NCBI GenBank assembly: GCA_951406725.2
Contig: OX597818.1
Span: 21,018,001-21,082,000 of the forward strand
DNA length: 64,000 nucleotides
Origin: Octopus vulgaris
Lineage: Eukaryota
Direction of reading: 5' to 3'
Part shown: in pieces, positions 13,603 to 26,474 of the stretch
How positions within the stretch are numbered: the stretch's first letter is position 1
Layout: each line of letters starts with the position of its first letter
The notes under the pieces: model-generated
Databases searched by the model: none
The model's input: the letters and a program-made list of their open reading frames with translations, nothing else
Told to the model about the DNA's origin: nothing
Translations under genes and position numbers: made by a program

Positions 13603-13763
13603 CAGCTTTATTTCAATAGATTTCCATCTTCTGTTTGTTTTCAATCAAGTCTAAGAAGCAACTATCAGCCTATGAGGTGAGTAATCCTGCACCAAACACC
13701 AAAGTGTTATTTACCTCTGCGGTACATGCATACAGAGATACATGCAACCATAATATACACATA

Positions 13764-13931
13764 GGCGCAGGAGTAGCTGTGTGGTAAGTAGCTTGTTTAC
13801 CAACCACATGGTTCCGGGTTCAGTCCCACTGCGTGGCACCTTGGGCAAGTGTCTTCTACTATAGCTTCGGGCCGAGCAAAGCCTTGTGAGTGGATTTGGT
13901 AGACGGAAACTGAAAGAAGCCCGTCGTATAT

Positions 13932-13968
<37 letters not shown>

Positions 13969-14185
13969 GTGTGTTTGTGTGTCTGTGTTTGTCCCCCTAG
14001 CATTGCTTGACAACCGATGCTGGTGTGTTTATGTCCCTGTTACTTAGCGGTTCGGTAAAAGAGACCGATAGAATAAGTACTGGGCTTACAAAAGAATAAG
14101 TCTTGGGGTCGAGTTGCTCGATTAAAGGTGGTGCTCCAGCATGGCCGCGGTCAGATGACTGAAACAAGTAAAAGAGTAAAAGAGT
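13764..14185 (+). mobile_element. SINE family A, full length, little diverged
   Basis: ggcgcaggagtagctgtgtggtaagtagc head, B-box-like ggttcagtccc, CORE-like block, (TA)n(TG)n, gtaaaaga tail. Confidence 0.92.
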
Positions 14186-15479
14186 ATACATAAATGCACA
14201 CATGCATTCATACATACAAAATATACATACATACAGACAGACAGGCAGACAGACAGACAGACATAGATGCATACGTACATACTTATATATGCACACATGC
14301 GTAAATACATAAATACATACATGCGTAAATACATACACACTGGCATACAAAAGCAAAAATATTTACTCCCCAAAGAAGTACTCACTTCCCGCTGACCTTC
14401 AGCGTAACCAAAGAAAGGCTTGGATGCTGTTTTCTTTATTTTTGTGCACATGCTCTGTGTTTCTTTCAATTATTACTTTAAATATAACAAAGAATTTAGT
14501 AAAATAACTTGGTTATCATTCAGCTGGCATTAGGAACATAAATTTTAACTAAGGTTTGGTGGAAGATTCTAATTCAAAACTTATGAAAACAAGATTTTTG
14601 TACTACAGAGCCAGAGGCGGTTTCAGTCGGGCTGGTAACGAAAGGGTAGTACATTTTGTACATTTTGTTGTTGTTTTTATTTTTCTTTACATTTTTTTTA
14701 CTTCCACGTCCTTTTTGTTACCTCAACTTTGTTTCTCTTCCAGATTTTTGCTGAAGTAACGACAAAAACCCGGAAGAAGAATCGAATAAAAACACAGAGA
14801 GAAATAAATAAATTCTTTTTAGTTGTAGCTAAAGAAGAAACCGAAACTATTGAATGCTTCTCTTTCCTCCGTTTTCTTGTCTTTTGTATGTTTTGTTTTG
14901 TTTTGTTTTAGTTATGAACTCGTTCATGACTTACATAACTGCTATAAAATGACAAAAAGAAGATCCTTCTGTTTGCTGTATGAAAAAAAAAATTAGATAC
15001 ATTAAGACGAACGATACCCGACAGTAAATTATTTTACAACAAAACAATTATGGCAATAAGCGACAGTTATGGAACACGAGAGAATAGTTGATTATAGTAA
15101 TTTTATTTAGGAAAAGAAGGAATGTAATATTATTTCCAAAAGTTTAAACACTGCACAAGTAATATCACATGAACATTTTCCTAGAAGACATACCTTTATA
15201 CAATTTTGTGCCGCACTACCCACTAGTTTCTACTACAATTATGTTAGCTTGCTGTTAACCTGATCGTTCGACCGCTCTAGCAATACTATGCCACTTTGTG
15301 GTCAGGTTGACTGTCAACAATATGCTGTCAGCAGAACTAATAACAAAAGTAGTGATGATAAAAAAATAAACTACGAGCTAGAAGAGAGATGAGTATAAAT
15401 GAGCGAAATGTATTTTCATTGAAATCTTTCAGAAAAAGATTATTTCATTTTTAAAACTTCCTTTGTGGGAAAAATCAAA

Positions 15480-17350
15480 CGTGACAAAGATTAATAAGTA
15501 ACTTAATTAGTGGTGATTGACGAAGACGAAGGTAAATATTTACAACAGTTTCAGTGTACCATCGTTTTGGTAGATTTACGGGGTTTTCTTAGTGCCCTCT
15601 CAACAACTGCAAAGCAGTATACTGGAGATAATGAAAAAGTAAAGGGAAACAAAACAATAAAAAAAAATGTGCCATCATGGATTTGGAAACTGAAAAATAG
15701 ATCGTTGGTCTATGGAAAACTATCGGTATGTGACGTTGTTTATCACATGGAAATAAATAAATAACTGCACTCCCCACTAAGTAATTTAAAACAAGGTTTG
15801 GAGGCAGTAAAGAGAACACCTGAGTACAAATTAATCACTCTCAAATAGGAGGTAACAAATGTAAGTGAAAACCCTCGATATCAGAAGAGTGTACCAGAAA
15901 GATAAGTAGTTAACAAGAAATTTAATTGAAAAGAATCGGTAGTTTATAGAGATATGAGAAAACAATCAATAAATGCCACCATAGGCTCCTTGTCGGATAA
16001 ATCCAAATCCATTCTGGAGAAAATCTGGAATGGAGAAAAGAAGTTTGATCGAGACACAGTGTAGCTAGAAGAAATCGGAAGGAAGAAATATTGACCTTGT
16101 ATTACAACATCAAGGGTGATACGCTCTACTTAAAACAAAAACAAGGCCACAGAGGCTTGACATCGGTTCAAACTCCTTTGAATATCGTTTCTTAATCCTT
16201 CTACAATAACAGATTATTACCAAGTGTTGAAGTGTATTCATAAATCAGGTCTAAACATGTGGGACAAAAAATATCATGAGACTTGGAAAGGAAATCTTCA
16301 GAAAAATTTTTTGTTTGGTGGTTAAGGGATACACAGCCAAAGAATTTGCACAACTGAATCGTAGCGGGTGATCAGATGAAAAACACGCATGACTTTCTGC
16401 ATATCAGCAGAAGATCGTAAATGATTATGTTGCCAAAAATGCTTTTAAATGGTAGCATAGATGACAAATTAGTGTGCCTTACACCAATAACCAGGACATT
16501 AGCTTTCACCTAGAAGGGATTGCTTTTGCAATACTGAAACAAGAAATAACAAAATACTTGATACACAAAAGGAATACAGATTCAGGTAATCCATCTAGCT
16601 CAGTGGTTCTCAACCGGGGGTCCGTATAAGATTTTACTGTTAAAATTTATGTGCTATATATTGCTAATACATCTACAACACACAAAATATTTTAATTTCT
16701 TTCATACAATTCCTAATAATATTTAATTATACAAATAGAGTATTTTTTTTTAATATACATTGAATGGCTATGAAAGTTCAGGAGAGTAAAATAGAAATCA
16801 AAGAGATCCATACGCAAAAAATGGTTGAGAACCACTGATCTAGATGCTACAATGGATGCAGACTCAATGGAATTAAGATTGAAGATATCAAATATTTTGG
16901 AAGTAGTTGTCCAAAAACGTCATTACGGTATTACTTACCTATGAAGCATGGTGTCATTGCCAAAGTATTATTCAATGCAATCGGTAGAAAGGACAATTCT
17001 AAGGACACAAATATAAGAAGTTACAGTGATATGGAGAGCATAAACTCTCGTAACGTAAAAGAATATTGATTAATTATTACTGTCAGAGCCACAATAAAAT
17101 ACATGTTGAACAGACGGGACACAATGATGTGGGGTAGTGATAAAAAATTACGCGCTGTAATTGAAATCAGTTGCCCAGCCAAAGATAATGGTAAAAATTA
17201 GTAGAAAAGAAAACATATATACCAAATTAATAAAACATCTACAGTTACTCCACCCAGATTATAACTTTAGATTTCTACCGCTAATTCTTGGACAATGCGA
17301 TATATAACCATCTCAGCAACAATCTAAAGAAACTGAGTTTTACAAAACCA
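15480..17350 (+). mobile_element. Degraded R4/Dong-like non-LTR retrotransposon (restriction-like endonuclease)
   Basis: Fragments FW..IW (~16012), EGIAFAILKQEITKYLIHKR, degenerate CCHC knuckle CRLN..IEDIKYFGSSCPK..RYYLPMKH (across the MITE), NRRDTMMW..VIEISCP..N..KENIY..LQLLHPDYNFRFLPLILG. Confidence 0.8.
16601..16837. mobile_element. hAT MITE
   Basis: 15 bp perfect TIR cagtggttctcaacc/ggttgagaaccactg; 8 bp TSD atctagct/atctagat. Confidence 0.9.
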
Positions 17351-17374
17351 GAAAAAAAGCAACCAAATAAAAAT

Positions 17375-17700
17375 ACAAGCGATCTAAAATTCCTATTTTG
17401 TTCCACAAAATAAAATATACCCTGTTGTTGAGGTTAGCTGTCCACATGATATCAATTTGGTGAGAAAAACGAAAAAGGAAGAAATCTGTAGACCATTGAT
17501 GAAGAGACTGAAAATCCAGTAGCCAAAATACTTTTCCAAATTCAACATTTTAATTTCAGTTTCAGGATTTGTACCAACCTGCTTGGATCAAAGTATGGCT
17601 TATGTTGGATTCTATGAAAACGAAAGATTTTCTCTATAGTTCATACATTATACATGATTACGATATGCAGAGCAGTAAAATTCTGCTAAACGTTTTAAAT
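17375..17700 (+). mobile_element. Second R4-like RLE endonuclease 3' fragment, in tandem with the first
   Basis: Translation VVEVSCPHDINLVRKTKKEEICRPLMKRLKIQ*PKYFSKF..SGFVPTCL parallels the IEISCP region at about 17160. Confidence 0.7.
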
Positions 17701-17905
17701 TTTTTTTTTAAATGTGAATGGTTGAGCAAAAAACGATAAGGAGAACAAGACCACTTTCTTTCTAAATAGAAAGATTTTTGACTTTTCAACCTTTCCACCG
17801 AGCAAGTGGCTGATCAACATGAACTCTAAAGGCAAAACGTGCGCGCGCGCTCAAGTACACACACACACTCACACGCACATATGTATGTATGAATATATAT
17901 ATATA

Positions 17906-18208
17906 AAATAAAGTCTCTATGCCAGCGTAAAGTGGAAGTCCTGCTTAAGGCCGTATACTGTGAGCGAGGCGAGTCACTACCATCTCTATCCAGCGATTGT
18001 CTTGCACCGAGGAAGAGAAATAACCCAGAAACCATTGGTCTGCAGGTATCGCTAAGACTGAGGGGGATCATTAGCTCCCTTGCCTACAGTCTACTGATAT
18101 AGATGATGCGTCGGTAGCCAGCTGGAAAAGATTTTTTCTTGGGGCTAAACAGTAGTAACATCGTCCTAAGCAAGACTGCCACTTTACGTTAGCAAATAGA
18201 CTTCACTA
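17906..18208. mobile_element. Unclassified MITE with ~45 bp imperfect TIRs
   Basis: aagtctctatgccagcgtaaagtggaagtcctgcttaagg vs revcomp of right end aagtctatttgctaacgtaaagtggcagtcttgcttagga. Confidence 0.65.
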
Positions 18209-18256
18209 TCCAGTATGGTTACTACATATTTCTCGCTCAGAGATTTAAGATTAGTT

Positions 18257-18346
<90 letters not shown>

Positions 18347-18902
18347 ACACACACTCACACACATATTCATGCATGCATACATACATGACTATCAAATGAC
18401 TATCAATTTGATATATATATATTCCAATAAAAGTGCTTTGTTTGTAGGTGGGAACCGGCTTTTGTCTATTGGCGAGAAATTTGACAAATAAAACCACGTA
18501 TACAACCATACACATATTCACACAATCATGTATACATTTAAAAATCCCACAGTCACAGTAAGAATTCACATATCTAGATGGGGGTCATTGGGATACTAGG
18601 TTAAGTGACTAAGTTATTCACCAACAATCTTGAAAAGATTCGTTACAATTTGCAACGATAAGTTATTGAATCTGATCAAAATCTGTTGAACGTTACAGAA
18701 AAATCAGTCTCTAAAATTCTGCCAGCGCTATCAAAATAAACATTATATATAGATTTATATAAATTAATCAACGATACGTGTGCATACCAATGATATATGT
18801 CGATATAGTTTGGGTGTAAATATGTAGACATCTCAATCAGAATCGAGTTATGTACTTATATATGTATGCGTGTATATTATCCCTATCAATCTCTAGTTGT
18901 GT

Positions 18903-18971
<69 letters not shown>

Positions 18972-19079
18972 TATGTGTGTACGTATGTACTATGTATATG
19001 TATGAGTATTGGAAAACAGTCAATTGAACCACTCCATCCTTATTCAATTTTACCCGTGAATTATATAGTTTTGTTCGTT

Positions 19080-19420
19080 TAGGCCTTGTAGTGACCTCTT
19101 ATCAATCCATATTAAAGACCCTTGTAAATGCTTTGCATTTTGTGAAGGAATACATCTCACCATCTATATACCAACATTATAATGAAAGCTAAGAAGCCAT
19201 TGTTGCACTACGACGACTCCTACAAGCTCAAAAGGAGGGCAATCTTTTGTCTGATGTGACCACAAGGCTGAAGGAAATTACCTGAGGAAAATTTGACAAT
19301 TATTATTGTGAATGCTAAATAAATACACAATGAAATTTTTACGTAATGTAATATATGGCCTGTTAAAAATATTCGATGAACAGAAACTACTTTTATAAAT
19401 AGAAAACAAAACCTTTCCCT
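19080..19420 (+). pseudogene. Penelope-like retroelement RT fragment
   Basis: Frameshifted translation SYQSILKTLVNALHFVKEYIS / IIMKAKKPLLHYDD / DVTT resembles the PLE RT pattern YPSI..AL.FA..I+.ARKSLL..FDVTMG. Confidence 0.6.
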
Positions 19421-19539
19421 AGGGGTGCATAAAATATAAAAAAACGACGTGCAATAATTACAATCCAAATTTTTAGAATAAAAAAAAAGAACGTAGTTAG
19501 AAGTAAATCTTCTTTTTAAAGTGAACTAGTTAAAGTAAT

Positions 19540-19910
19540 AGCAGATTTTTTTTAGATCTGAAAATCGTAAAGAAGAGCAGCACGCCCTCAAGTGACAAAG
19601 TAAACCAATCCTTGTAGCTGCAGAGCTCTTCTTCCTATATGTGCTTAGTTGTTTTAAAGGGAGAATCAGTTTGCGAAATCCGAGTCCACTCTTTAGATTT
19701 GGAGGTCTGAACAACAATGGCTTAACAGGCTAAGACAGCTGCAGCGACCAGCAACCTATAGGTTTTTACATCGGTGTGGTCTTTTTCTAGATGAATTGCT
19801 TTACAGGGCTGGAGAGTGCCAGCTAATTTAGAGTTGCCGGAAAGGTGTCAAAGATGGTACCGAACTGCCCGAGGATTTGCCGTCGAGGCTGACTTCCTTA
19901 ACCTCTTCCT
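19540..19910 (-). mobile_element. Probable RTE-clade LINE 5' UTR fragment
   Basis: Minus strand ctccagccctgtaaagcaattcatctagaaaaagaccacaccgatgtaaaaacc resembles RTE 5' UTR motifs (from memory). Confidence 0.4.
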
Positions 19911-19917
19911 TTCCCAG

Positions 19918-20079
19918 GGCGCAAGCGTGGTCGTGTGGTAAGAAGCTTGCTTCTCAACTGCATGGTTCCGAGGTCAGTCCTATTGCGTGGCACCTTGGGC
20001 AAGTGTCTTCTACTATAGCCTCGGGCCGATCAAAGCCTTGTGAGTGGATTTGGTAGACAGAAACTGAAAGAAACCCGTC

Positions 20080-20131
<52 letters not shown>

Positions 20132-20350
20132 ATGTATTATGTATGTATGTATGTGTGTGTGTTTGTCCCCCTCACCGCTTAACAACCGGTATTGGTGTGT
20201 TTACGTCCCGTAACCTAGCGGTTCGACAAAAGAGACGATAGAATAAGTACCGGGGGCGATTTGTTCGACTAAAACCCTTCAAAGCAGTGCCCAAGTATAG
20301 TCGCAGTCAAATGACTGAAACAGGTAAGAGATAAAAGATAAAAGATGAAA
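19918..20350 (+). mobile_element. SINE family A
   Basis: Colinear with 13764-14185, (gataaaa)n tail. Confidence 0.88.
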
Positions 20351-20604
20351 GATATAGATAATAGCAGTTTCTACACATGTATAAATATAAGATGCAGCAC
20401 GAAGCTTTGTCAGTGAACAGGTCGCGGTCTCAAAGCGACGAAAATATTTTGACAAATTAAATTTAAATGTTGAAGTGAATCTAACGGTTTTGTGTGTTTC
20501 TTAAATGGCTTATAAAGACCTTCCACGCTGCAATTGTTATAAATATAAGGGAAACGTTAAACCATTTGATTCCCTGCACGGTTCAGTCTCAATGCAAGTA
20601 TGCC

Positions 20605-20760
20605 TATCACAAAACATTTCTTTTATTTGTTAGATAAACACTTTCTTGAGAATCACAAACATCAGAAAATATTTAATAGAAATAATGTTAAATTTAGCTA
20701 CAGCTGTACACACAAATTTTGCAACAGAAATAGCATACATCAAGAGTAAAAAGACTTCTT
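20605..20760 (+). pseudogene. Penelope-like retroelement linker fragment
   Basis: Translation FFYLLDKHFLENHKHQKIFNRNNVKFSYSCT matches the PLE motif LDKHFP..H...KIFNRN.VK.SYSC; same strand as the 19080-19420 RT fragment. Confidence 0.8.
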
Positions 20761-21276
20761 CAGTAGAACTAGCAACGCAATTGCAAATGCCTCCTTTTGT
20801 ATCTGGTATTTATACTTGTTTGAGTATGTAATATTTTGAGTGTGTTGGGAGGGAGAGTCTTAATTGTAATGAGGGTAGTAGAGTTATGTTTGTTTTATGT
20901 ATATAGTGGTGAGTGTGATGGTGTGAACGAATGCCAATGTGAGTGTGAGATTTCGCTTTTGATTTTGTTTTGGCTTCCGTTTTCTTTACACATACACATG
21001 CATGCACACACACACACACACACACACACACGCGTAAAAATAAATTTTATACCCTACTTAAATGAATTGAGAGAGCCTTGAGTTGATGTTTGTTTCTATA
21101 ATAGTACATTAAAACATACATAAACAAACACACACTTTGTTGTATTTGAAGTGACCATCTGCTTTTCTCATCGATTCAGTTTATATCGTCTGTTCTTTAC
21201 ATACACACACACATACATACATACATACATACATACATACATACATACATACATACATACATACATACATACATGC

Positions 21277-21381
<105 letters not shown>

Positions 21382-21394
21382 TAGATAACTATTA

Positions 21395-21642
21395 GGAGCA
21401 CTCCGTCGGTTATGACATCAAGGATCCCAGCTGGTACGATCAACGGAGCAGTTTGCTCGTGAAATTAACTTATACATGTGGCTGGCACTCCACGAACACG
21501 TGTTCTCTTAACGTAGTTCTAGAGGGAGATTCAGCGTGACACAGAGTGTGACAAAGCTGGCCCTTTGAAATACAGGTACTCCTCATTTTTGCCAGCAGAG
21601 TGGACTGGAGCAACGTGAAATAAAGTGTCTTGCTCAGGGACA
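21395..21642 (-). mobile_element. SINE family C, 5'-truncated
   Basis: Minus strand shares gagcaagacactttatttcacgttgctccagtccact..aaaaatgag with SINE D but has a different tail; tail fragment recurs at about 41455-41530. Confidence 0.7.
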
Positions 21643-21663
21643 CATGCATACATACATACATAT

Positions 21664-21738
<75 letters not shown>

Positions 21739-22255
21739 CTAGCAGTATCGCCCGGCGTTGCTCGGGTTTGTAAGGGAAATAACTATATAAGCATTTTTAG
21801 AGAGTTACTTCCTTTATAGATGCCAATTCGGGCTTTCTTAGCCATTTCTGTTTTGGTGTCTTCAAGCTATGAAGTCGTTGTTCTAAAAGAACGCTGGTCT
21901 CCTTGACAACGCATTACGACGTTGATTTCCTTAAACTCCCTTCCCCACAGCTTCACGAGGGAGGGAAGAAGGGGGAGAAGCAAACACAGGTGCAGGTATT
22001 TGAGCGTGGACGCCAACTCCACCGCCATCGACACACGAAAAATTATGCATTAAAATGGAATAAAAAATTATGTTAAATTATTTTTAAAATCGTAGACTCA
22101 TCGTAGACGCGCGCTAATAGCCAGACGGGCTCGATATTAATCACGACTATAAGATACCCGAATTTGGTTAAACTGCACCGCAAAATGTGGGAGGAGTTAG
22201 GAATCTAAATCGTAGGAGACAGACACTCACACAACTACAGTTTTATATATATAGA
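21739..22255 (-). mobile_element. Non-autonomous Helitron
   Basis: Minus strand starts a|tctatatatataaaa, ends cccgagcaacgccggg hairpin then cgatactgCTAG|t; A|T target, no TSD. Confidence 0.85.
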
Positions 22256-22689
22256 TATATAAGTAAAAATGCACAAACAAAAAACAGACAGAAAATGGCA
22301 AGATAAAAACATTAAATGCACAGACGAACGGAAAACAGACACAGAAGGTTTCCAATTCTTCATGAGTTATCGACCAGAGGGTATAATGTAATTTCGTGCC
22401 TTTAACGATAGGATTACTTCCCACTTGCAGAGAATATTGGACCGAGAACAAACAATAGATGGATAACAGGGGATACAGAAATGGACATACGAAAATGAAT
22501 AAATGTAATTCAGGACGACAGACGAGAGACAAAGATGAAATAAAGATAAAAAAACAGGCTGAAGTGGAGATTAGAAAATTTAAGACCGGTGTATAAAAAG
22601 AGAGAGAAAGAAAAAAGGGCTGACCACGGGTTGCTTGTCGGTAGAGGGAGACACAGAGGGCTTAGGAGAAAGAGAGCGAGAAAGATAGT

Positions 22690-23120
22690 TAATGCGTGCA
22701 GAGATATATCCGGATGAAGTTGGTTTATCTGGAATATATATTTCTTTACTACCCACAAGGGGCTAAACACAGAGGGGACAAATAAGGACAGACAAACGGA
22801 TTAAGTCGATTACATCGATCCCAGTGCGTAACTGGTACTTAATTTATTGACCCCGAAAGGATGAAAGGCAAAGTCGACCTCGACGGAATTTGACCTCAGA
22901 ACGTAACGGCAGACGAAATACGGCTACGCATTTCGCCCGGCGTGCTAACGTTTCTGCCAGCTCGCCACCTTTCCGTTTATCTGGAATATATTGGAGTTAT
23001 TCATCCAGGAACCGTTTGAATGTCATGAGATCGTTGCCTTCTCTGGTGTATTTTGGCATGATGTTAAAGAGAGCAGGGTTAGTTGAGGCAAAATAGTTCT
23101 GTCCTAGTGTTATGAGTAAG
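22690..23120 (-). mobile_element. CR1/L2-like LINE ORF2 3' end, split by SINE B
   Basis: Translation across the SINE: NYFASTNPALFNIMPKYTREGNDLMTFKRFLDE*LQYIPDKPTSSGY (LFN.LP..FK..LD..L..IPD.P motif). Confidence 0.75.
22740..22974 (-). mobile_element. SINE family B, full-length solo copy with TSD
   Basis: Perfect 17 bp TSD gtttatctggaatatat at 22723-22739 and 22975-22991; tail ends ...gtgggtagtaaagaaata. Confidence 0.92.
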
Positions 23121-23420
23121 CTGAGGGTCTGCCATTATTATTTTCTGAAACAAAGATTATACAGAGTTAGCAAAAAATGCAGCAATGACCAAAAAAAGGT
23201 ATGTCCTCAAATACCTTAGGCACCCAGTATGTATATATGTATCCGTTTACATTTGTTTTCGCAGCGACGCTTAATGTTTAAGAATTCTAGTTATTCCTAC
23301 ATCGAAAATTTCAGATTGCCCAACACACACTGTATTATGAATAAAATAATAAATACACTCCCGCACATATGCCTTTCTTTACGCACATACAAATACATAC
23401 ATACAACAGAAGGATATATA

Positions 23421-23511
<91 letters not shown>

Positions 23512-25324
23512 ATGTATGTATGTATGTATGTATGTATGTATGTATGTATGTATGTATGTGCGCGTGTGTGTCGCTAGTTAATCAGTTCTACTCTGCTGCA
23601 ATATTACACAGCATTACATTATGTTCTGCTATTTGTACTTTGAGGTTAGTTTTCTGTCTTATTTTTACACTCATCAGCCATTTATTATTGCTAATGTCTG
23701 TCTGGTTTATTGGCGAGTGAGTTATTTATGTATAGCATTCGCGTGCGCATACACACATACATCTATTCACACACACACACACACACATAGACACTCACTA
23801 CCATATGATACAAAAACAAACGTACTTCCATCGCCCAAATCAAATTACATGCACAACACGAATAAATTTAAGACAGGAAAAGAAACTTTGTGTTTGCAGT
23901 GCTAGTACAGAGTTAGTACGATGAAAGGAAGTCAGTGAAAAGGTCACAGTAGTGTGACGAAAGACTTTAAAAAAAACTAATTGATGAACTATTTAAGTAA
24001 TATCTAATTAATAAGAAAAATAAGGTCAAGATAGTGTATGTCCTTTTATTGGTAGAATGATATGTATCCATCTTTAACGATGGTATGTACCAATTAAAAT
24101 GAGAGGAAGAAAAATATTAATAAGTTCGAGTGATATGGCCCTTTATTTTCATCGTTACAGTGTTAGATACAACTTCTTTGGTTTGTAGAGTTTGCAACAT
24201 TGACGTCCATTCTGTAGGATGTTAAATTCATCTTTTGTTGACGGCTAGAAGACTGGTGGGATAAAGAGAAAGAGAAAAAATAAGAAAGTCTAGACAAGTA
24301 GAGAGGGTAAGAGATGTGTAGTTCATCGCATAAAGTGATTCCTCCATCGGTCAAACGAAAGAAGGATGAACTGAATTTGATTACTGTATTTATATATGTT
24401 GAAAAGCTCGATGTAGATCAGAGAACAATGGAAAATAATGCGTTTATCTCTCTCGAACTGTATTTAACCTAAGAATGTTAACTTAAACAATAGAACTCAA
24501 CTGTGACAGTTAACCCTCATAAACTTCTAAATGCAAAAGTCGAGAACAATACGAAAGTAATGAGTAGAAAAATGTAGATTCGGTTTCGAATCTTGGGCAA
24601 GAATCTAGGAAGCTATTCGTTACACATCCATATATTACTCGCGCGCGCTCACACACACACATATGAAGAAAGATTTTTTAAAAGTTATTACCTATTTAAA
24701 ATATAAAACTTATTTAAACAGTCAGAATGTCACAAAACTTTGGGAACGAAGTTTCTGTCTAATGTGTTCAACTTTTCAAACACACGTTTTCTGGACGCAC
24801 ACACACACAAAATTATACGAAAATTTCTTTTTCCAAATGTTTGTGACATTGTATTTTTTTTTCTTAATGGTTATGAAACGTATGTTGTATGGGAAAAAAA
24901 TAAATGATATTAAAAAAATCTAGTTTGCTGTTTTAATATGTAATTACTCCACAATAAATATTTTCCAATATCTAACAGTGTTCTCCAGTATTTTCGACAT
25001 TCACATAAATCATGGTATCTACAAACATACTTTGGGAGAACTGGAATATACAAATGTGCTTCATAAGGACACAGCTTGGATTATAACTCTATATACATAT
25101 ATACATATACAAACACATACATACATAAATACGTACATACATACACAAATACACACAGAAACGCACACATACACATGTGCATATAGATGTATATATTCAT
25201 GTGTGCAAGAAATATGCATATGCATGCAACTGCATGTGTTGTTAAAAATAAAATAGATCATGTTTTTTTTTAGAAGTACTGTTTACAAGATAAATTAATG
25301 AATAGACTGGTATAAGTTTATAAC

Positions 25325-25590
25325 GTGGAGACGCTTGGCTTAGTGGTTATGGTGTCAGCACCATGATCGTAAGATTGTGGTTTCGATTCCTGGATCGGGC
25401 GACGCGTTGTGTTTTTGAGCAAAACACTTCATTTCACGTTGCTCCAGTCCACTCAGCTGGCAAAAATGAGTAACGCTGCGATGGTCTGGCGTCCCGTCCA
25501 GCTGGGGAACACATACGCCATTGAAACCGGGAAACCGGGCCCATGAGCCTGGCTAGGCTTAAAAGGGCGCATTTATTTATTATTATTATT
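25325..25590 (+). mobile_element. SINE family D (tRNA head, V-domain-like block)
   Basis: A box tggcttagtgg, B box gtttcgattcc, block ctgcgatggtctggcgtcccgtccag, (att)n tail; degraded relatives at about 49085-49320, 51545-51730 and 58650-58890. Confidence 0.8.
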
Positions 25591-26390
25591 GTAAGTCTAT
25601 TACACACATAAACACACATCTAAACGCCCACTCACATATATATATATGTGCGTGTGTGTATGCCTGTTTGACTCTGCATGTCTGTAAGTGTAGTTTAAAA
25701 AAATATTGAGAGCATCTATAAATAATTTTTACAAGATATATAAACTAATAAAGCCATTAAGTACGGATTTGCATTAACAACTTATAACATTCACTTTCCA
25801 TAAGAAACTATTTGGCTGGTAGTTCCTGTAGAAGAGAAGGTTGCAAGGAGGAGGAGGAGGAATTCTACACCACCGAAATTCTATATTCATCGAGAAAGGT
25901 AATAGTACGATACTAACACGATATTTTCTGGGGGTGGGGATAGGGGGCTTATGAGAGGTCTTTATTTTCATTAAAGTCTGTCGGCTTTAATTTATTTTTC
26001 TATGCTTCATTTAAGATGGGTTTTTTTTTGTTTTTCTTTTCACGACAGAAATATCAACTATATAAGCAATTTATTACAGAAAAATACACGTACTTTTATA
26101 GATGTTAGCTGGATGTAATACTAAATGCCATGTTAGCAACAAAGAAGAGAATTACAGCCATTGGTTTCCGAAACTAGAATTACTATACACAGATTATACG
26201 TCCACAGACAAGTGTACCATTTTCTCGTTTCATCTGGTAGTGTTGGTTGAATATTCCTTTTCAACAGTGAAATCATGGGCTGCGAGTTTCTCCACCGTTA
26301 AAGGATTTGTGTAGCTGCACACACACATACACACCACACACATGTATATGTGTGTATGTTTGTGCGTGTATGTGAATGTGTGTTTCTATA

Positions 26391-26427
<37 letters not shown>

Positions 26428-26474
26428 CAAGATGGTTCTCCTTTCGTTCATTTTGATTAATGTAGCCTTGACGA

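Noticed and set aside
13764-13840. tRNA-like heads of the SINE families
   Set aside because: No complete cloverleaf evident; they run directly into SINE bodies, so no tRNA gene is called
14820-14860. ctaaagaagaaaccgaaac hammerhead-like spacing
   Set aside because: Core mutated and no convincing stems
20634-20823. Apparent plus-strand exon with a good acceptor (INTFLRITNIRKYL...)
   Set aside because: Another frame gives the Penelope motif DKHF..KIFNRNNVKFSYSC, so it is TE-derived
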